Shown here: piece after piece, positions 42,687 through 54,484 of the stretch | How positions within the stretch are numbered: position 1 is the stretch's first letter | Layout: every line of letters begins with the position of its first letter | Assembly (NCBI GenBank): GCA_963695095.1 | Contig: CAVOFT010000001.1 | Coordinates: 3,008,001-3,072,000 of the forward strand | Direction: 5' to 3' | Origin: an uncultured bacterium | Lineage (GTDB): Bacteria; Krumholzibacteriota; Krumholzibacteriia; JACNKJ01 | DNA: 64,000 nucleotides | Translations under genes and position numbers: made by a program | Notes under the pieces: generated by a model | Database searches by the model: none | The model's input: only the letters and a program-made list of their open reading frames with translations | What the model was told of the DNA's origin: nothing

Positions 42687-42906
42687 GGGGACCTCCCGGC
42701 CATCTCTCCGCCTAGCGGGGATTTCAGTCACGGGAAAATCTACCATATCTGCGAATGTCTCCGATATCGAATTCCCACTTCAACAAGCCCCCTCTTGTCA
42801 GCCCACCCCGATGTCGGTTACCGATGGGCAGCCCAAGGAGCGCCTTGATCCCCTACCTCGCCATCGCCCTGGCGCTCGGCGCTGGACTCATCTGAGGGAG
42901 GCCGGC

Positions 42907-44103
42907 ATGCGCGACCGCGGCATTCTCTACACCACCGCCTTTCTGCGCGCCCTGAGCACGGGCTTCATCGGCGTGACCCTGGGGCTCTACCTCGCGCGCA
43001 TGGGACACGACGCGGCGGCAATCGGCCGCATCGTCTCGGCCGGCCTCGCCGGCGCCGCGCTGGCCGCCATCCTCGCCACCGCCTTCGCGGATCGCCTGGG
43101 TCGGCGGCGCTTCCTGGCGGGCACGGCCGCCATCGGCGCGCTCGGCACGGTGGCCTTCGCGCTCAGCGACAGTCCCCTGGCGCTCGCCCTCACGGCCTTC
43201 GTGGCCATGCTCAACGGCATGGGCCGCGACCGCGGCGCGGCGCTCATCCTCGAGCAGGCGGCCCTGCCCGCCACGACCACGGACGCCGGCCGCACGCGCA
43301 CCATCGCCGTCTACACGATGCTGCAGGACATCGGCCACGGGCTGGGCGCCCTGCTCGCCGGACTGCCCTCGGTGCTGCGTTCCGGGGACGCCACCGGCGC
43401 CGGCGGCTACCGCGTCGCGCTGTTCCTCTGCGCCGGACTCGGCCTGGCAATGGCGCTGCTCTACCTGCGCCTGCGCGCCGGCATCGAGCCGGGCGCGGGC
43501 GCCCGCCGCCAGCGCCTGTCGCCGCGCAGCCGCGGCCTGCTCCTGCGCCTCTCGGCGCTCTTCGGCATCGACAGCCTGGCCGGCGGCTTCCTGACCACCA
43601 CCCTGCTCTCCTACTTCTTCTTCGCGCGCTTCGCCGCGCCGGAGATGGCGATCGGCCTGCTCTTCTTCTTCTCGCGCCTGATGAACGCGGGTTCGCACCT
43701 GGCCGCCGCCTGGTTGGCCGGCCGCATCGGCCTCGTCAACACGATGGTCTTCACGCACATCCCCTCCAGCCTGCTCCTGGTCACCGTCGCCTTCGCGCCC
43801 AGCTTCCCGGTGGCGGCTGCGCTCTTCCTGCTGCGCGAGGGGCTCGTCGAGATGGACGTCCCCACCCGCAGTTCCTACGTGCTCGCCGTGGTCCAGCCGG
43901 AGGAGCGGACGGTCGCCTCGGGCATCACCAATCTCGTCCGCCTGGGCGGCTGGGCCGTGGCGCCCGCCCTGGCCGGCAGCCTGATGGACCCCGGGTCGCT
44001 CTACCTGCCGCTCGTCATCGGCGCCGGCATGAAGATCGCCTACGACCTGCTGCTCTGGCGCGCATTTCGCGCGATCAAGCCACCGGAAGAGTCGCAGACG
44101 TAA
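42907..44103 (+). CDS. MFS transporter
   Basis: FADRLGRRR motif A, about 12 TMs, RIGLVNTMVFTHIPS, EMDVPTRSSY. Confidence 0.92.
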   Translation: MRDRGILYTTAFLRALSTGFIGVTLGLYLARMGHDAAAIGRIVSAGLAGAALAAILATAFADRLGRRRFLAGTAAIGALGTVAFALSDSPLALALTAFVAMLNGMGRDRGAALILEQAALPATTTDAGRTRTIAVYTMLQDIGHGLGALLAGLPSVLRSGDATGAGGYRVALFLCAGLGLAMALLYLRLRAGIEPGAGARRQRLSPRSRGLLLRLSALFGIDSLAGGFLTTTLLSYFFFARFAAPEMAIGLLFFFSRLMNAGSHLAAAWLAGRIGLVNTMVFTHIPSSLLLVTVAFAPSFPVAAALFLLREGLVEMDVPTRSSYVLAVVQPEERTVASGITNLVRLGGWAVAPALAGSLMDPGSLYLPLVIGAGMKIAYDLLLWRAFRAIKPPEESQT

Positions 44104-44189
44104 CTATTTAGCGTCACCTTTGCGATTCCGATAAAGTCCTGGCGGCAGCACCCGATGAATTGTTGAGCGATTCACCGGGAAAGGTCGCC

Positions 44190-46396
44190 ATGCAAACTGA
44201 GCTGGAGCTGAGGGAAGCGCTGGCGCGTGACATCGACAGCCTCGCCGATCAGCTCTCCCAGGCCGCCGACGGCAACTTCGACTTCCGTGTACATACGGAC
44301 TCCGCCGATGCGCGCGTGCAGAAGCTCGGGACGCTGGTCAACATCGTGGTCGAGAGCGCGCGCCGGGCCATCGCCGAGCTCAAGCAGGAGCATCGCAGGC
44401 TGCAGGAAAGCGAGCAGCGGCACCGCGACTACATCGCGAACACGCCCCTCGGCGTGTTCGTCACCGATGAGCGGGGCCGCTACGTCCAGGTCAACCCGGC
44501 GGCCTGCCGCATGACCGGCTACGCGGAGCACGAGCTGCTGGCCATGAGGATCCCCGATCTCCTGGGCCGAGAGGGCATCGCCGCCGGGATGCGCTACTCC
44601 AGGCTGTCGCCGAGGCAGGCGAGGCGCATGACGAGTTCCGTTTCCGCACCAAGAGCGGCGAGCTGCGCTGGTGGTCCGTCTCCGCCGTGAAGCTGTCGGA
44701 GTCCCGTTTCATCGGCTTCTGCAGCGACATCAGCGAGCGCAAGCGCGCCGAGGAGGCGCTACGGGAATCGCGCGAAGTGCTGCAGGGTGTTCTCGATGCC
44801 ATCCCGGTGCGGGTCTTCTGGAAAGACAGAGAACCTGGTCTACCTCGGCTGCAATGCGGCCTTCGCGGGGGATGCGGGGGTCGCGGGGCCCGAGGCGGTC
44901 ATCGGCAAGGACGACTTCGCGATGGGCTGGCGGGACCAGGCGGAGCTTTATCGAGCCGACGATCGCGCCGTGATCGAAGGCGGGCAAGCCAGACTCCTCA
45001 TCGAGGAGCCGCAGACGACGCCCGACGGCGGGCAGATCCACCTGCTGACGAGCAAGCTCCCCCTCCGCGCCGCCGACGGCGCCATCGTCGGCGTGCTCGG
45101 CACCTACTACGACATCACCCCCCTCCGCCGCGCGGAGCAGGACTACCGCACGCTGTTCCGCGAGATGCTGGACGGCTTCGCCTTGCACGAGATCATCTGC
45201 GACGCCGCCGGGCGGCCGGTGGATTACCGCTTCCTCGCCGCCAATCCGGCCTTCGAGCGCATGACCGGCCTCGAGGCGGCGGCGATCCTGGGGCGGACGG
45301 TCCTCGAGGTCCTGCCGGACCTCGACCGCTCCTGGATCGACACCTACGGCAAGGTGGCGCTGAGCGGCGAGCCGGCTCACTTCGAGGACGAGGTCGCGTC
45401 CATGGGCAAGCGCTTCGCGGTGTCGGCCTTCCGGCCCGCGCCGGGCCAGTTCGCCTGCTTCATCGCCGACGTCACCGCCCAGCGGCTGGCGGAGGCGGAG
45501 CAGCGCCGCCTCGAGGAGCAGCTCGGCCAGTCGCAGAAGCTGCAGGCGGTCGGCCAGCTCGCCGCCGGCATCGCCCATGAGATCAACACGCCCGCGCAGT
45601 TCGTGGGCGACAGCATCCAGTTCCTCGGCGACAGCATCGCGCCGATCGAGTCCCTCCTCGCGAAGTCCGGCGGCGGCTGGCCGACCTGCCGGCCACTGCC
45701 GAGCACGAGGAGCTGCGCGCGCAGATCGCGGCGGTCGAGGCCGCCGTCGACATCAACTTCGTGCTCGAGAACTTCCCCGGCGCCGTGGCCGACGCCAAGG
45801 ACGGCGTCTCGCGGATCTCCACCATCGTGCGCGCGATGAAGGAATTCGCGCATCCGGACCAGAACGAGAAGGCCGCGGCAGATCTCAATCGCGCCCTCGA
45901 ATCCACGCTGACCATCGCGCGCAGCGAGTACAAGTACGTGGCCGAGCTGGTCACCGAATTCGGCGAGATGCCGCCGGTGATCTGCCACCTCGGCGACCTG
46001 AACCAGGTCTTCCTCAACCTGCTGGTGAACGCCGCCCATGCGATCGGCGATGTCGTCGGCACGAGCGGCGCGCTGGGGACCATCCGCGTGCGCACGGCCC
46101 GCGAGGGCGACTGCGCGCGCATCGACATCGAAGACACGGGTGGCGGCATTCCCGAGGCCGTCCGCGATCGCGTCTTCGAGCCCTTCTTCACGACCAAGGC
46201 GGTCGGCAAGGGCACCGGACAGGGCCTGGCCATCGCCCATGCGATCGTCGTCGGGAAGCACGGCGGCACGCTGCGCTTCACTTCCGAACTCGGCAAGGGC
46301 ACCTGCTTCACGATTCGCCTGCCGCTCGTCCCCGTCGTCCCCGCGGCGACGCCGCTCCCCTCCCACCAGTCACCGACTGGAGAAGGATCGACATGA
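44190..46396 (+). CDS. Cytoplasmic multi-PAS sensor histidine kinase, frameshifted
   Basis: Three PAS domains; QSQKLQAVGQLAAGIAHEINTP, NLLVNAAHAI, FEPFFTTK.VGKGTGQGL. Confidence 0.9.
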
Positions 46397-46992
46397 ACCA
46401 GACTTCCGTGACCGCGGACGCCCAGACGCCGCCGGCAAGCGACACCCTCAGCACGGTGCTCTTCGTGGACGACGAGCCGAAGATCCTCACCGGATTGCGC
46501 GTGGCGCTGCGCAAGTTTCCCTTCCGGATCCTCACGGCGAATTCGGCCGCCGAGGCCCTGGCCGCGCTCGCTGAGCAGCATGTGGACGTGGTGGTCTCCG
46601 ACGAGCAGATGCCGCTGATGTCGGGCTCGCAACTGCTGAGCGTGGTGCGCAAGCAGCATCCGGAGACGATTCGGATCATCCTCACGGGCCAGGCGAGCCT
46701 CGAAGCCGCAGTGCGCGCCATCAACGAGGGAGAGGTCTATCGCTTCCTGGCCAAGCCCTGCAATCCGATGGATCTCGCGAACACCATTCTCGGCGGTCTG
46801 CAGCTGCGCGATCTCGCCAGGCAGAGCTCGCGCCTGCTGTCCCGGACGCGCCAGCAGCAGGCCGTCCTGCGCAAGCTCGAGAGCCAGCATCCCGGCATCA
46901 GCGAGGTCAAGGTGGACGCGGGCGGCGCCATCCAGCTCGAGGCCGGCGATCTGCAGAGCCTGATCCGGGAACTCGAGCAGGAAAACCGCTAG
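46393..46992 (+). CDS. Response regulator (REC plus helical tail)
   Basis: VLFVDDE, VVSDEQMP, ILTGQA, RFLAKP. Confidence 0.9.
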   Translation: MNQTSVTADAQTPPASDTLSTVLFVDDEPKILTGLRVALRKFPFRILTANSAAEALAALAEQHVDVVVSDEQMPLMSGSQLLSVVRKQHPETIRIILTGQASLEAAVRAINEGEVYRFLAKPCNPMDLANTILGGLQLRDLARQSSRLLSRTRQQQAVLRKLESQHPGISEVKVDAGGAIQLEAGDLQSLIRELEQENR

Positions 46993-47105
46993 CGCCGGGT
47001 TGCCGGGCGGCGGCGTTCCCCCTCGGCGCTGCCAGCCCCCCAACCCCTGTCCTTGACAGCCGGCAGCCTGCCATGCCCACCTGCGGCAACTCAGGAGGTG
47101 CCGCC

Positions 47106-47549
47106 ATGGCCGAGACTGGCCTGTTCGCGAAGTGGATCCGCTCGGGTCCCGCCCTGCATAGCCTGCTGCGCATCGTGGCCGCGCTCATGTTCCTGCAGGC
47201 CGGCACGATGAAGCTCTTCGCCTGGCCGATGGGCATGCCGCCGGACGGCAGCACCGCGAAGCTCCTCACGCAGATCGGCATCGGCGGCCTGCTCGAGGTG
47301 GGCGGCGGCCTGCTCATGTTCGTGGGCCTCTTCACGCGGCCCGTCGCCTTCCTGCTCGCCGGCGAGATGGCCGTGGCCTACTTCCAGTTCCACCAGCCGC
47401 AAGGCCTCTGGCCCGTGCAGAACGGCGGCGTGGCGGCCGCGCTCTACTGCTTCGTCTGGCTCTACTTCTCCGCTGCCGGGGCAGGACCCTGGAGCCTCGA
47501 CGCGCGCCGGAGCGCCCCTCGCCGATATCGGAGCGATAAGGCTGATTAG
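47106..47549 (+). CDS. DoxX family membrane protein
   Basis: LLRIVAALMF..GTMKLF, GLFTRPVAFLLAGEMAVAYF, GAGPWSLD. Confidence 0.9.
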   Translation: MAETGLFAKWIRSGPALHSLLRIVAALMFLQAGTMKLFAWPMGMPPDGSTAKLLTQIGIGGLLEVGGGLLMFVGLFTRPVAFLLAGEMAVAYFQFHQPQGLWPVQNGGVAAALYCFVWLYFSAAGAGPWSLDARRSAPRRYRSDKAD

Positions 47550-47662
47550 CACTTGTTGCCCGCCAGGCTTGCGCGGGAGAGCGCGCTGCGGGATAATGAA
47601 GCTGTGAGTGCTGCCGGCCCCGCGCGAGCGCTGCGCCGAATAACCTGAACAGGGAGGGCGAG

Positions 47663-48185
47663 ATGGCCGCAACTCCAGGCCGGAGCGCCCAGGCGGCCGC
47701 GAGCGAGTTGCGGCTCACTCGCGAGCTTGCCGCGCCGCCGAGCCTCGTCTTCCGCGCCTGGACGGAGACCGCGCGCCTGCGCCAGTGGTGGGGGCCGCGC
47801 GGCTTCACGGTGATCGGGATGGCCAACGACCCGCGCCCGGGCGGCATCTGCCACTACGGCCTCGCCGCCCCGGATGGCCGGGTGCTCTGGGAGCGCTGGG
47901 TCTACCGTGAGATCCAGCCGCCCGACCGGCTCGTCCTCGTCGCTTCCTTCGCGGACGCCGAGGGTCGCGTCATCCGCCACCCGGTCGCCACCGACTGGCC
48001 CATGGAGACGCAGATCAGCCTCGACTTCGCGGCCTTCGGGAGCGACACACGGCTGACCCTCTGCAGCGCCCCCGACGGCGCAGGCCGCCGAGCAGCAGGC
48101 CTTCCGCGACGGCCACGCCTCCATGCAAGCGGGCTGGGAAGGCACCCTGGCCGCACTCGCTGCCCATCTGTCCAGAAATCCCTAG
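47663..48185 (+). CDS. SRPBCC/AHSA1 domain protein, frameshift near 3' end
   Basis: VFRAWTE...QWWGPRGF...DPRPGG; GWEGTL in the shifted frame. Confidence 0.85.
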
Positions 48186-48224
48186 GCGGTCAGCGGCCGG
48201 CGGGGCCAGATCCGGCAGCGACGC

Positions 48225-48614
48225 TCAGTCGCCCTCGCCGCGACCGTGACCATGACCATGGAGGCCGCAGGTGGCATCGGGGTCCACTTCGACGAGGGCT
48301 TCGCGCTCCAGATCGGCAAGCGTGGCGGCGACCGTGGGCTGGCCCGCAAGGTAGATCCGGAGGCCCGCGGCCTGCAGCTTGCCGAGCGCTCCTGCTGCCG
48401 ATACCGCCAACGGCGATCGCGTCCATGGCCTCACCGGCCAGGACGGCCAGCGGCTGGCACATCCCGTGCGCATGGTGCTGGTCTGTTGATTGGCGATGCT
48501 GCGGCAGTCGCCGCTCTCGGTGTCGACGACGAGAAAGAGCGGCGCTGAGCCGAAGTGCGCGCAGACGGGGCTCTTCAGGCCGGCGTCCTTGGTGACGGGA
48601 ATGCAGAGTTTCAT
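48225..48614 (-). CDS. NifB/NifX-family (FeMo-cofactor biosynthesis-like) protein
   Basis: MKLCIPV...[18 protein letters not shown], His-rich tail. Confidence 0.85.
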   Translation of the reverse strand: MKLCIPVTKDAGLKSPVCAHFGSAPLFLVVDTESGDCRSIANQQTSTMRTGCASRWPSWPVRPWTRSPLAVSAAGALGKLQAAGLRIYLAGQPTVAATLADLEREALVEVDPDATCGLHGHGHGRGEGD

Positions 48615-48629
48615 GGATCCTCTCCTTGT

Positions 48630-48813
48630 TCGGGTGCCTCCCAGCCCGCCCGGCAGCGGCCGCCGCGATGCGGCTGAAGGTAGAACGCGACACGCCCATG
48701 CGTGCGGCGGCCTCCTCTTGATAGAGCCCCTCCAGATCGGCCAGGCGGAGGGCTTCCAGTTCGTCGAGGGTCATGGCGATGGACTCCAGCGCGCGCAGCG
48801 GGCCGAGCTGCAC
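48630..48813 (-). pseudogene. Truncated DUF134 HTH gene
   Basis: [36 protein letters not shown]; the usual N- and C-terminal parts are not visible. Confidence 0.7.
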
Positions 48814-48851
48814 CCAGGCGATCTCGCCCCGCTCGCCACTACAGGCTTGCC

Positions 48852-51169
48852 TCAGTCCGCGAGGCCCATTCTAGCCAGGAAGGCCGCCCAGCGCGGATCG
48901 GCGTGCAGCAACGCAAAGGAAGGCTCGCGCTTGACCTCGCTGAGACCCGCGTCGCGCTGGGCATAGGAGCGCTCAAGCCAGGCGAAGGCCGGCTCGACTT
49001 CCCCGCGCAGAGCGAAGGCAGCCGCGATCTGGTAGGCACCGTCATCCGGATAGTCCGCGACGAGCGTGGCGAGCGCACGGTCAGATTCTTCCTGGCGACC
49101 GAGGACATGATAGGCGACGGCGAGGGACATGAGTCGCGCCCACTCCTCGGGCTCGCGCTCGGCTTCAGCCAGCGCCTCCTCGTTCCGACCCTGGCCAAGG
49201 AGAACCGAACCCAGCATCATCCGCGTCCCGACTCGCTGCGGCGAGATCTCCAGTACCCGCCGATAGGCGGCCTCCGCCTCCGCCAGCATCCCGGCTGCCC
49301 GATAGCTCATGCCGAGCCCTGCGTAACCGCCGGCGCTCAGGGGATCCTGCTCAACAGCCCGCTGCCCCAACACGATGGCCTCATCCACGCGGCCCAGATC
49401 GCGCGCCAGCGTGGCGGCTCCGCGCAGGACATCGGCGCGGCCGGGGGCGATCGCGAGGGCCCGGCGATGCGAGGCATCGGCGGCCTGCCAGTCCCAGTCG
49501 TAGGATGTCTGGAGCGTGGCCAAGGCCAGGTGACCCTCGATCAACTCGGGCTCGAGCGCCAGCGCCCGCTCGGCCGCCTCCCGCGCAAGCCCGTGGCCCT
49601 TCGCCAGGGGAGTCCAGCTATAGCCCGCCTCGTGCCAGTGGGCGCGCGAGAGACAGGCCCAGGCCAGCGCGTGGCCCGGATCGATGGCAAGCGCCTGGCG
49701 CAGGTACTCGATGCCCTTGGCGATGTCCTCGCGCCCGAGGCGATCGACGAGGAAGCGTCCCTGCAGGAAGAGCCGGTGGGCCTCGCTGCTCTCGCCGCGG
49801 CCCCTGGCCGCCGCGGCAACCTCGGCCCGCGCCTCGCCGCTCGCCTTCGAGTGGGCGGCCTCGCCGAGCAGGGTCGTGCGCAGCTCCTTCACCACCGACT
49901 GCGCGATGTCGTCCTGCACCGCGAAGATGTCCTCCAGCGTGCGGTCGTAGGTCTCCGACCAGAGCTGGTAGCCGTCGGCCACCTTCACGAGCTGCACGGC
50001 GATGCGCACGCGGTTGCCCACCTTGCGCACGCTGCCCTCGAGAACGCTGGCCACGTTGAGCGGCATGCCCTACGTCCGAGACCGTTGCATCCTTGCCCTT
50101 GAAGCTGAAGGCCGAGGATCGCGCCGCCACGCGCAGGCCGCTGATCTTTGCCAGCGTGCCCAGCAGCTCGTCGGCGAGGCCGTCGGCGAAGTACTCGTCT
50201 TCCTCGTCGCGGCTGCGGTTGACGAAGGGCAGCACGGCGATCGAAGGGACTTTCTGCGCAGCCGCTGCGGCGGCGCCCGAGTCGAGACGTGGCGCCGGCG
50301 GGCGCGACTCCATGCTGCTGCGCAGCAGCTTCCAGCTCGTTGCGCACGTCCTTCGCGGTCTGGAACCGTCGCTCGGGATCCTTCACCAGGCAACGGCCGA
50401 TGATGCGCTCGAGGTCGGCGGGCAGCTCCGCGCGCAGGCTCGCGAGCGGCGCCGGCGGGTCGCGCAGGATCGCCGAGCTGACATCGGCAGCGTCGCGCCG
50501 GCGAACGGGCGCCGGCCCGTTGCGAGTTCGTAGAGCATGATGCCCAGCGCGAAGAGGTCCGTGCGCGCATCGACCGCCTCGCCGCGGAGCTGCTCGGGCG
50601 CCATGTACGGGCACGGTGCCCAGCACCTGGCCCGGCGACGGAGATGCGGTTCGACGGCGGCGAGCGTGCGCGTCTCGGCCAGGGCCGCATTCACCCGGCC
50701 AGCTTGGCGAGGCCGAAGTCGAGCACCTTCACGCGGCCCTCGCGCGTGAGCATGACGTTGGCGGGCTTGAGGTCGCGGTGGACGACGCCCTTCTCGTGCG
50801 CGGCGGCGAGGGCGTCGGCCAGGCGGGATCGCCAGCTCGAGCAGGCGGGCCAGCGGCAGGCCGCCGGGGCGACCAGCTGTCGAGCGCCCTGCCCGTCGAC
50901 CAGCTCCATGGTCAGGAAGTGGCGTCCCTCGGCCTCCTCGATCGAGTGGAGCGTGACGATGTTGGGGTGGTTGAGCGCGGCGACCGCGCGGGCCTCGCGC
51001 TCGAAGCGGGCCAGGCGCTCGGCGCGCGGCCACGCCGCGGGCAGCACCTTGAGCGCGACCTCGCGGCCGAGCCGGCGTCGCGGGCGCGGTAGACCTCGCC
51101 CATGCCGCCCGCGCCGAGGGGCAGCGAGGATCTCGTAGCCGCCGGGCGCGTGCCGGGTGCAAGGAACAT
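48852..51169 (-). CDS. Ser/Thr protein kinase with TolB-like and TPR domains, frameshifted
   Basis: [50 protein letters not shown] repeats. Confidence 0.92.
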
Positions 51170-51262
51170 GGGGTTTCAGGTTCCGGCCGCGGAGCCCCGC
51201 TGTCAAAGCGCGCTACCCGCCCTGCCGCGGCCGGCGATCCTGCGTTGCCGGCCAGATCCGCC

Positions 51263-51907
51263 TCATTGCCGCCAGCGGACGATTATGTCCTGCTCGGGCA
51301 GGAAATCCGTGGCTTCGTAGGTCCAGACCGTCTCCTCGCCCTCGCGCCGTGTGAACGGGAAACTGAACTCGAGCGGTTCGGCGCCGGCGGGCAAGCGGAT
51401 CTCGAAGGCGGCTCGCGCAGCGGGCTGCCCCAGGCCTTGGTGGTCGTCACGATGTAGCGCGCGTATTCGGTGCGGGAGCTGCTGGCGATAGATCGCCTCG
51501 ACGACGAGCGTATCGCTCGGGCAAGGCGGCAGCCACCAGCGCACGACCCACTGGCCCGGCACTGCCTCCCAGCGCGCCGGCAGCGCGGGGCCGCTGGCGC
51601 CGGCCCGCACCGCGAGCGAGACGAAGCGCCAGCCGCCGAGCAGCGAGTCGCGCGGGAAGGGATAGAAGAGCGGGAAGCGCCTCGCTCTCCCCCCCGCAAG
51701 CAGCAGGTAGCTGCCGCGCACCTCGAGGCTGTCGCCGACGATGCTCAGGCAGATGCGCTCGGAGTCGAAGACGAGCGGGCAGGCTGCGCGCGAAGGCGTC
51801 GCGCGGCCGGGTGGCACCCGGCGCTTCCCCGTCGCGCAGGCCAGCGCTTGCGCGAGCAGGCCGAGCGTCAAGGCGGCGGCAAGCGCGGCAGCACGCGCAA
51901 CCGTCAC
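51263..51907 (-). CDS. Secreted hypothetical protein, frameshifted
   Basis: Signal-like N-terminus; FDSERI..., [26 protein letters not shown]. Confidence 0.6.
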   Translation of the reverse strand: MTVARAAALAAALTLGLLAQALACATGKRRVPPGRATPSRAACPLVFDSERICLSIVGDSLEVRGSYLLLAGGRARRFPLFYPFPRDSLLGGWRFVSLAVRAGASGPALPARWEAVPGQWVVRWWLPPCPSDTLVVEAIYRQQLPHRIRALHRDDHQGLGQPAARAAFEIRLPAGAEPLEFSFPFTRREGEETVWTYEATDFLPEQDIIVRWRQ

Positions 51908-52901
51908 CCCAGCTTGCGCGACTCGAGCCGCCCATCAGGGTAGAGCGTCTTGATCGCGCCCCAGCTCGGCGACGCCGTCGGCGTCGTCCTCGCCGACGAT
52001 GAAGGTGACCGGCAGGCAGCGCCCCATAGGGCTGGCCGCGCGCACCCAGGCTGGCGTCGGTCGCCGACGGCGAGGCCGCTCGCGTCGGCGGTGACAGCCA
52101 GCCGGTGATGGTTGAAGCCGATGGTAGTCGTCGAGGTGCTCGAGCCAGTCCGCCAGCGGCGTCACCGCACCCAGCGAGCACAGATGCCCGCCCAGATCTC
52201 CGTCTCCGCCCACGGCCTGCCGCCGGGTGCGGCGCTGAGCTCAGCACTGGATGGGCGAAGTCGATCACGCAGTTGCGGTCCGTAGCCGCAGGGGATGTGC
52301 GTGTACTCGCAAGGCAAGCCGACCTCGGCGCCGCAGCCCTCGGCATAGCTCGGGAAGGGATTCCCGCAGTCGAGCGTGACGGTGCTTGCCCCAGGTGCTG
52401 GCGAAGCCGAAGCGCCCCGGCTCCGCTCACGTCGAAGACGAAGCGGGCGATCAGGAACACCTCGTGGAAGCTGATGGGCAGGTCGGGGGATCGAGTGACC
52501 CAGTAGTTCAGTCGCAGTGGAAGCGCGTAGGGCGGGAGGAGATTCCAGATCGCCCCCCAGACGCCGCACACGGTCGCCGTCGACGAACTGCCAAGCCCTC
52601 CGGCCAGACCAGATCGCAGTCGACCGCCCGGATGTCCATCGGCTGGCCCGCCTGCTGCCAGTGGATCGGCTGAAGAAGAGCAGGAATTCCCAGGTGCCCA
52701 GCGCCGATGCGTCGTTGACGACTTGCTCGCAGTCGACGATGTCCGTCTCGCAGGGCCGGCGAACTCCTGCACGTGGCATGAGCAGCGCCGACTCGGGGGG
52801 GACGTTGGCCGCGCTCGGGCAGGACCGAGGCCAGGAGAAAGGTGGCAACGCCGCCCAGCCCAGGCCAGCCGGAGCCACAAGCCGCGCGCGAAACCCTGCA
52901 T
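51904..52901 (-). CDS. Secreted Cys-rich hypothetical protein with SWGAIKTLY C-terminal motif, frameshifted
   Basis: GGAGG RBS, signal-like N-terminus, C-terminal SWGAIKTLY encoded at 51940-51966. Confidence 0.55.
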
Positions 52902-52997
52902 GCCCCCGCCTCCTGCCCGCACACCGCAAAGGCTGACTCGATGCGGTCCCAGTGTAGCACCGCGTCGGGACGCCGTCGAGGTGCCGGCCGGCGACGC

Positions 52998-53025
52998 TTG
53001 ACGCCGGCGCCGCGGCCGCTATCCT
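52998..53025 (+). promoter_or_regulatory. Putative sigma70 promoter for the rsgA leader
   Basis: TTGACG-N16-TATCCT. Confidence 0.5.
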
Positions 53026-53259
53026 TGAGGCTTCACCCGCGGGCTATCCCGGAAAGGGCTGATGTCGACCGTTGCTCTCCATGAGGGACAGGCCTAGGGC
53101 GAAGCGGCAAGGCCACGCGGCCAAAGGGCCGTGCGCCGCTGCTTCGTCTCTCGCCTGCTCCCCTGCCAGCGCAGACCGCGCCGGGCGATACGCGCACCGG
53201 CGGCCGGGTTCTGCGCCGTTCGTGCACACCCCAACCGCACGCAAATGGAGAGCACCGCA

Positions 53260-54343
53260 ATGAGCGATCTGAAGGCCCTGGGTTTCGGCCCCTATTTCCA
53301 AGCACAATTCGAGGCGTGGGCCGAGCCCGCGCTGATTCCCGCCCGCGTCGCCGCCGAGCACCACGGCGCCTATGAAGTGTGGACGGCGAGCGACCGCCGG
53401 CCAGGCCAAGCTCGCCGGGCGCCTGCGCCGCGAGCTTGCGGAGAGCGAAGCGCCCACGGCCGGCGACTGGGTCGCCCTGCGCGAGGCGCCGGGCCCGGAC
53501 AGCATCGCATTGATCGAGCGCGTCTTCGCGCGGCGCACGGTCTTCACCCGCGGCGCCGCGGGGCGCGAAGGCGGGTGCAGGTGGTGGCGGCCAATGTCGA
53601 TCTCGTCTACGTGGTGAGCAGCATGGACGCCGACTTCAACCTGCACCGCATCCAGCGCTACCTGGCCCGCATCCACGCCGGCGGCGCCACGCCCGGCGTC
53701 ATCTTGAACAAGGCGGATCTCTGCGCGGACGTGGCCGACCGTGTGCTCGACGTGGAGCTGGCCTGCCCCGGCGTGCCCGTCCACGCGGTGAGCGCGCTGC
53801 GCGGCGAGGGCGTCGCGGCCATCCGCGCGGCGGTCGGCCCGGGGATGACCGCGGCCTTCCTCGGCTCCTCGGGGACGGGGAAGTCCACCCTGATCAATGC
53901 CCTCCTCGGCGAGGCGCGATGGCCACCGGCGCCGTGCGCGCCTACGACGGCAAGCGGCCGCCACACCACCAGCCACCGGCAGCTCCTGCGCCTGCCCGGC
54001 GGCGGGCTGCTGCTCGACACGCCCGGCATGCGCGAGCTGCAGCTCGCTCGACGAGCGACGGGCTGGACGCGGTCTTCCCGGAGATCGCCGCGCTGGCCGC
54101 CGCAGTGCCGCTTCCCGGACTGCCGGCACGAGGGCGAGCCGGGCTGCGCCGTGCAGGCGGCGATGGCGGCGGGCGCGATCGGCGCCGAGGCGCTCGCGCA
54201 CTGGCGCAAGCTCGAGAAGGAGGCCCACGCCTACGCGCTGCGGCAGGACGTGCGCCTGCGGCGCGAGGCAGGAACGCGCCTGGGGACGCCGCTACGCGCA
54301 GGCGATCAAGGAGCTGAAGCCGAAGCGCCGCGAAGCGCGCTAG
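53260..54343 (+). CDS. rsgA: Ribosome small subunit-dependent GTPase A, frameshifted
   Basis: PTAGDWV, AANVD, LNKADL, GSSGTGKSTLIN, GRHTT, DTPGMRE, CRFPDCRHEGEPGCAV. Confidence 0.93.
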
Positions 54344-54357
54344 CCTTGGGTCCTTGA

Positions 54358-54462
54358 GAGGCATGCGCACAAACGGCGCCTCCGCGCGCCGGCTTGCGGC
54401 CCTGGCCGAGGCGGAGTGTACACGTGTACAAAACAAGCCGCCCTGCCGGGTCGTGATCTGCC
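54358..54462 (+). pseudogene. Intergenic fragment of an HNH-family gene centred on palindrome copy 3 (54417-54430)
   Basis: Translates LAALAEAECTRVQNKPPCRVVIC; CTGGCCGAGGCGGAGTGTACACGTGTACAAA is identical to the HNH gene. Confidence 0.88.
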
Positions 54463-54484
54463 CGGCGGGGACGCTGCGCGCCGA

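Noticed and set aside
48225..48614. Nitrogen fixation
   Set aside because: The NifB/NifX-family domain is common in non-diazotrophs and no nif genes are nearby.
53041..53110. Hammerhead ribozyme or known riboswitch
   Set aside because: CTGATG is not followed by A, the GAAA core is not in the required order, and no known aptamer consensus fits.
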